Positions 62,165-64,000 of a stretch of 64,000 nt of DNA are shown here, in pieces (position 1 is the stretch's first letter; every line of letters begins with the position of its first letter). Position numbers and translations under genes: made by a program. This stretch comes from Diadema antillarum (lineage: Eukaryota), in NCBI RefSeq assembly GCF_040938485.1, contig NW_027272187.1, positions 434,001-498,000 on the forward strand, given 5' to 3'. Below the pieces are notes generated by a model. That model ran no database searches. It was not told where the DNA came from and saw only the letters and a list, made by a program, of their open reading frames with translations.

Positions 62165-62378
62165 TACTGAAAGAGTGGAAATTTTCGCGGTGTTGAAAAT
62201 TTCGTGCATTTCGCGCAACCAAAAACTAGCACGAAAATAAAAACACATGTGTATTTTAGCTTGCCATATGTTCCTGTGCGTGATGTCTTGATTCCGTGGA
62301 ATTAAAAACACGCGAAACTCTTCTTACCCGGCCAAGCGCGAAAAATTAGGCACACCAAAAATATCCACTTTTACAGTA
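62165..62378 (-). mobile_element. MITE family A copy
   Basis: TACTGAAAGAGTGGA...TCCACTTTTACAGTA; full-length match to the reverse complement of 37138-37350. Confidence 0.9.
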
Positions 62379-62452
62379 GCACCAAAATCCCTCTAGTAGC
62401 AGTTTTTCTTCTCTTTTTTTTCATGGTACTAGGTCTCCCAAAAACAGACAAA

Positions 62453-62484
62453 AACAAACAAACAAACAAACAAACAAACAAACA
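62453..62484. repeat. (AAAC)n microsatellite
   Basis: Direct reading. Confidence 0.9.
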
Positions 62485-64000
62485 GAGCTTTAGAAAATGG
62501 CTCATGTTACTAAAACATTCACTATAACATGTTGCCAAAGCTTACTTTAAGACTTACAGGTCCCTTTAAAGCCAACAAAACTACGAAAGTGCATTGTACA
62601 ATAACATAAGGATTGCAAATCACAAACTTAGTAACAGCTTGTGCCACTAGGAATCAAAGAAACATGTAAGAAATGATGCATGCTGTGTTCAGCCTCTGTT
62701 TGTACACAAAGGAGGAAAAATGTCCAAAAGGATAGCAGAGTAGAAATTGCTCATGCAGAAGCAAGACAGGTAAATCGCAATCCGCCAGTCGCGGAGTGTT
62801 TGTGCATGAATGTTATATATGAAGCACATTGGCACATTACCAGAGTGTTGTATTCATGTTAGTCTGGGTCTATCAGACCCATTTATGCCATGTAGCATAA
62901 TCAACAGGAGAAGCGGAAAAGTCTGATTGCTGTTGAGTTGTCAGGTGTAGTGTACACGTTATCAATACAACGGCCCTGCCAGTAGAGTGTGGAGGCTGAG
63001 CCTGAATGGCAGCAACTAAGTGCAGAATAACACATCACATCTACCTCTGAAATGTCTTTCAAAGTGGCTAGCAGATAAGATCTTGAAGTATAATTTTCTT
63101 TTTTCTAAATGGCCAGCCAAGACTTGCAAGCTACTGCTACCTTTGATTTACCGTAATTGTTGTAGATCTGCAATTACTGCACCCAACATTCTAGCACTCT
63201 TTAATATGATATTTAGAGCTGATGCTGTTCCTTAGGTACTGTGAATTAAGGAGATTTGTCACCCAGAAGATGTTGTTCACATGCCCACTCACAGGGAACA
63301 AAATTTAATATATCCTTTTTTAACAGCACTTTACTAGCAATTTGCTGATCAGTATCAATTACTTAGACACATTGGATACGGAATGCAGCAATTTTTTTTC
63401 CTTTATCAGTCTTTTTGATTATGCAATTAACAAAGACATGATTGGACATAATAATTCATCACATAGTCTTTCCTTTTAATAGCTGTAAGGAACAATTTTG
63501 ATAAAATTTCAAACAATTTCAATTTGAAGCATTTAGATACAGCCTGTAGAATTCAGTCTTGAAAACATACAGAATTGAGGAAATTGTATTGATGTGGGCA
63601 AAGGGTAAGAATGTAAAGAAGTTGTGAAGTTTCACCTTTTTTATTGTATGACAAATTGATAATATTGGCCTCCAACTCTTTTTGGCACTTGATGAGATGG
63701 TGATTTCATTGCCCTCGCATCTTCCAATGGCCTGCAGGTAGATTAACACAAAATTTGTTTTCTCCAATTAGAATCAAGGGAATGTGGATTATCATGACAC
63801 TTTCATTTTCAAACCAAAAGGCAGAGTCATGAGACAGTGACATTACTTTGCCTATGTGGTTTGCATTTACATTCGCTGCTTCTCTAAACATACTTGAGAC
63901 ATTAAAATTCCAGACAGCTTTTGTATCTTTTAATGAAACTTGTACTTTTCTGTGTGTTTGAGAGACTCTATTCATCATATTCAAAATAAGCATGGCGCAA

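Larger units (their letters stand above)
41271..64000 (+). other. Intron 2 (at least 22.7 kb, runs off the window)
   Basis: Donor GTATGT at 41271; no acceptor followed by a G....DHFGF-like exon found by eye before 64000. Confidence 0.6.

Noticed and set aside
63609-63622. GAATGTAAAGAAGT, a 14-nt match to miR-1
   Set aside because: Seed position mismatched (AGAATG versus GGAATG) and no complementary 5' arm
63519-63993. Minus-strand frames loosely resembling a CR1/L2 RT thumb or a P-element HWK motif
   Set aside because: Similarity too weak and ambiguous to assign without a profile search

Overview
AT-rich animal genomic DNA. Large introns, GT-AG sites and the MITE/microsatellite landscape suggest an invertebrate deuterostome, probably an echinoderm (inference only). 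The window holds the 5' part of one protein-coding gene on the + strand, a TBC1D1/TBC1D4 (AS160, Drosophila pollux)-family Rab-GAP. Coding exon 1 (4715-5389) encodes a ~120-aa low-complexity extension plus most of PTB domain 1. A 35.2-kb intron follows. Exon 2 (40596-41270) encodes the last helix of PTB1, the linker and the first part of PTB2 with its Akt-motif insert. The expected next exon (G-x-x-x-x-DHFGF) was not found, so it probably lies beyond 64000; the TBC domain is absent. The introns contain many non-autonomous DNA transposons whose ends and target-site duplications can be read directly: TA-flanked Tc1/mariner-pogo/Tc2-like, TTAA-flanked Kolobok-like and piggyBac-like, TAA-flanked PIF/Harbinger-like, and a 9-bp-TSD foldback/Mutator-like element. 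There are also Helentron-associated (HINE-like) pieces, a tRNA-like Pol III remnant, microsatellites and a 131-N gap. I found no autonomous transposase, CRISPR array or rRNA. The best leads are all inferences that need RNA data: (1) phase-0 candidate alternative first exons that would delete PTB1 or both PTB domains, notably 39442-39525 (CCACCATG start) and 51358-51453 (encodes an NPxY PTB-ligand motif); (2) an inverted MITE pair bracketing exon 2 that could promote back-splicing; (3) a possible spliced antisense transcript from the promoter; (4) one MITE family showing graded CpG decay and dense E2F-like motifs.
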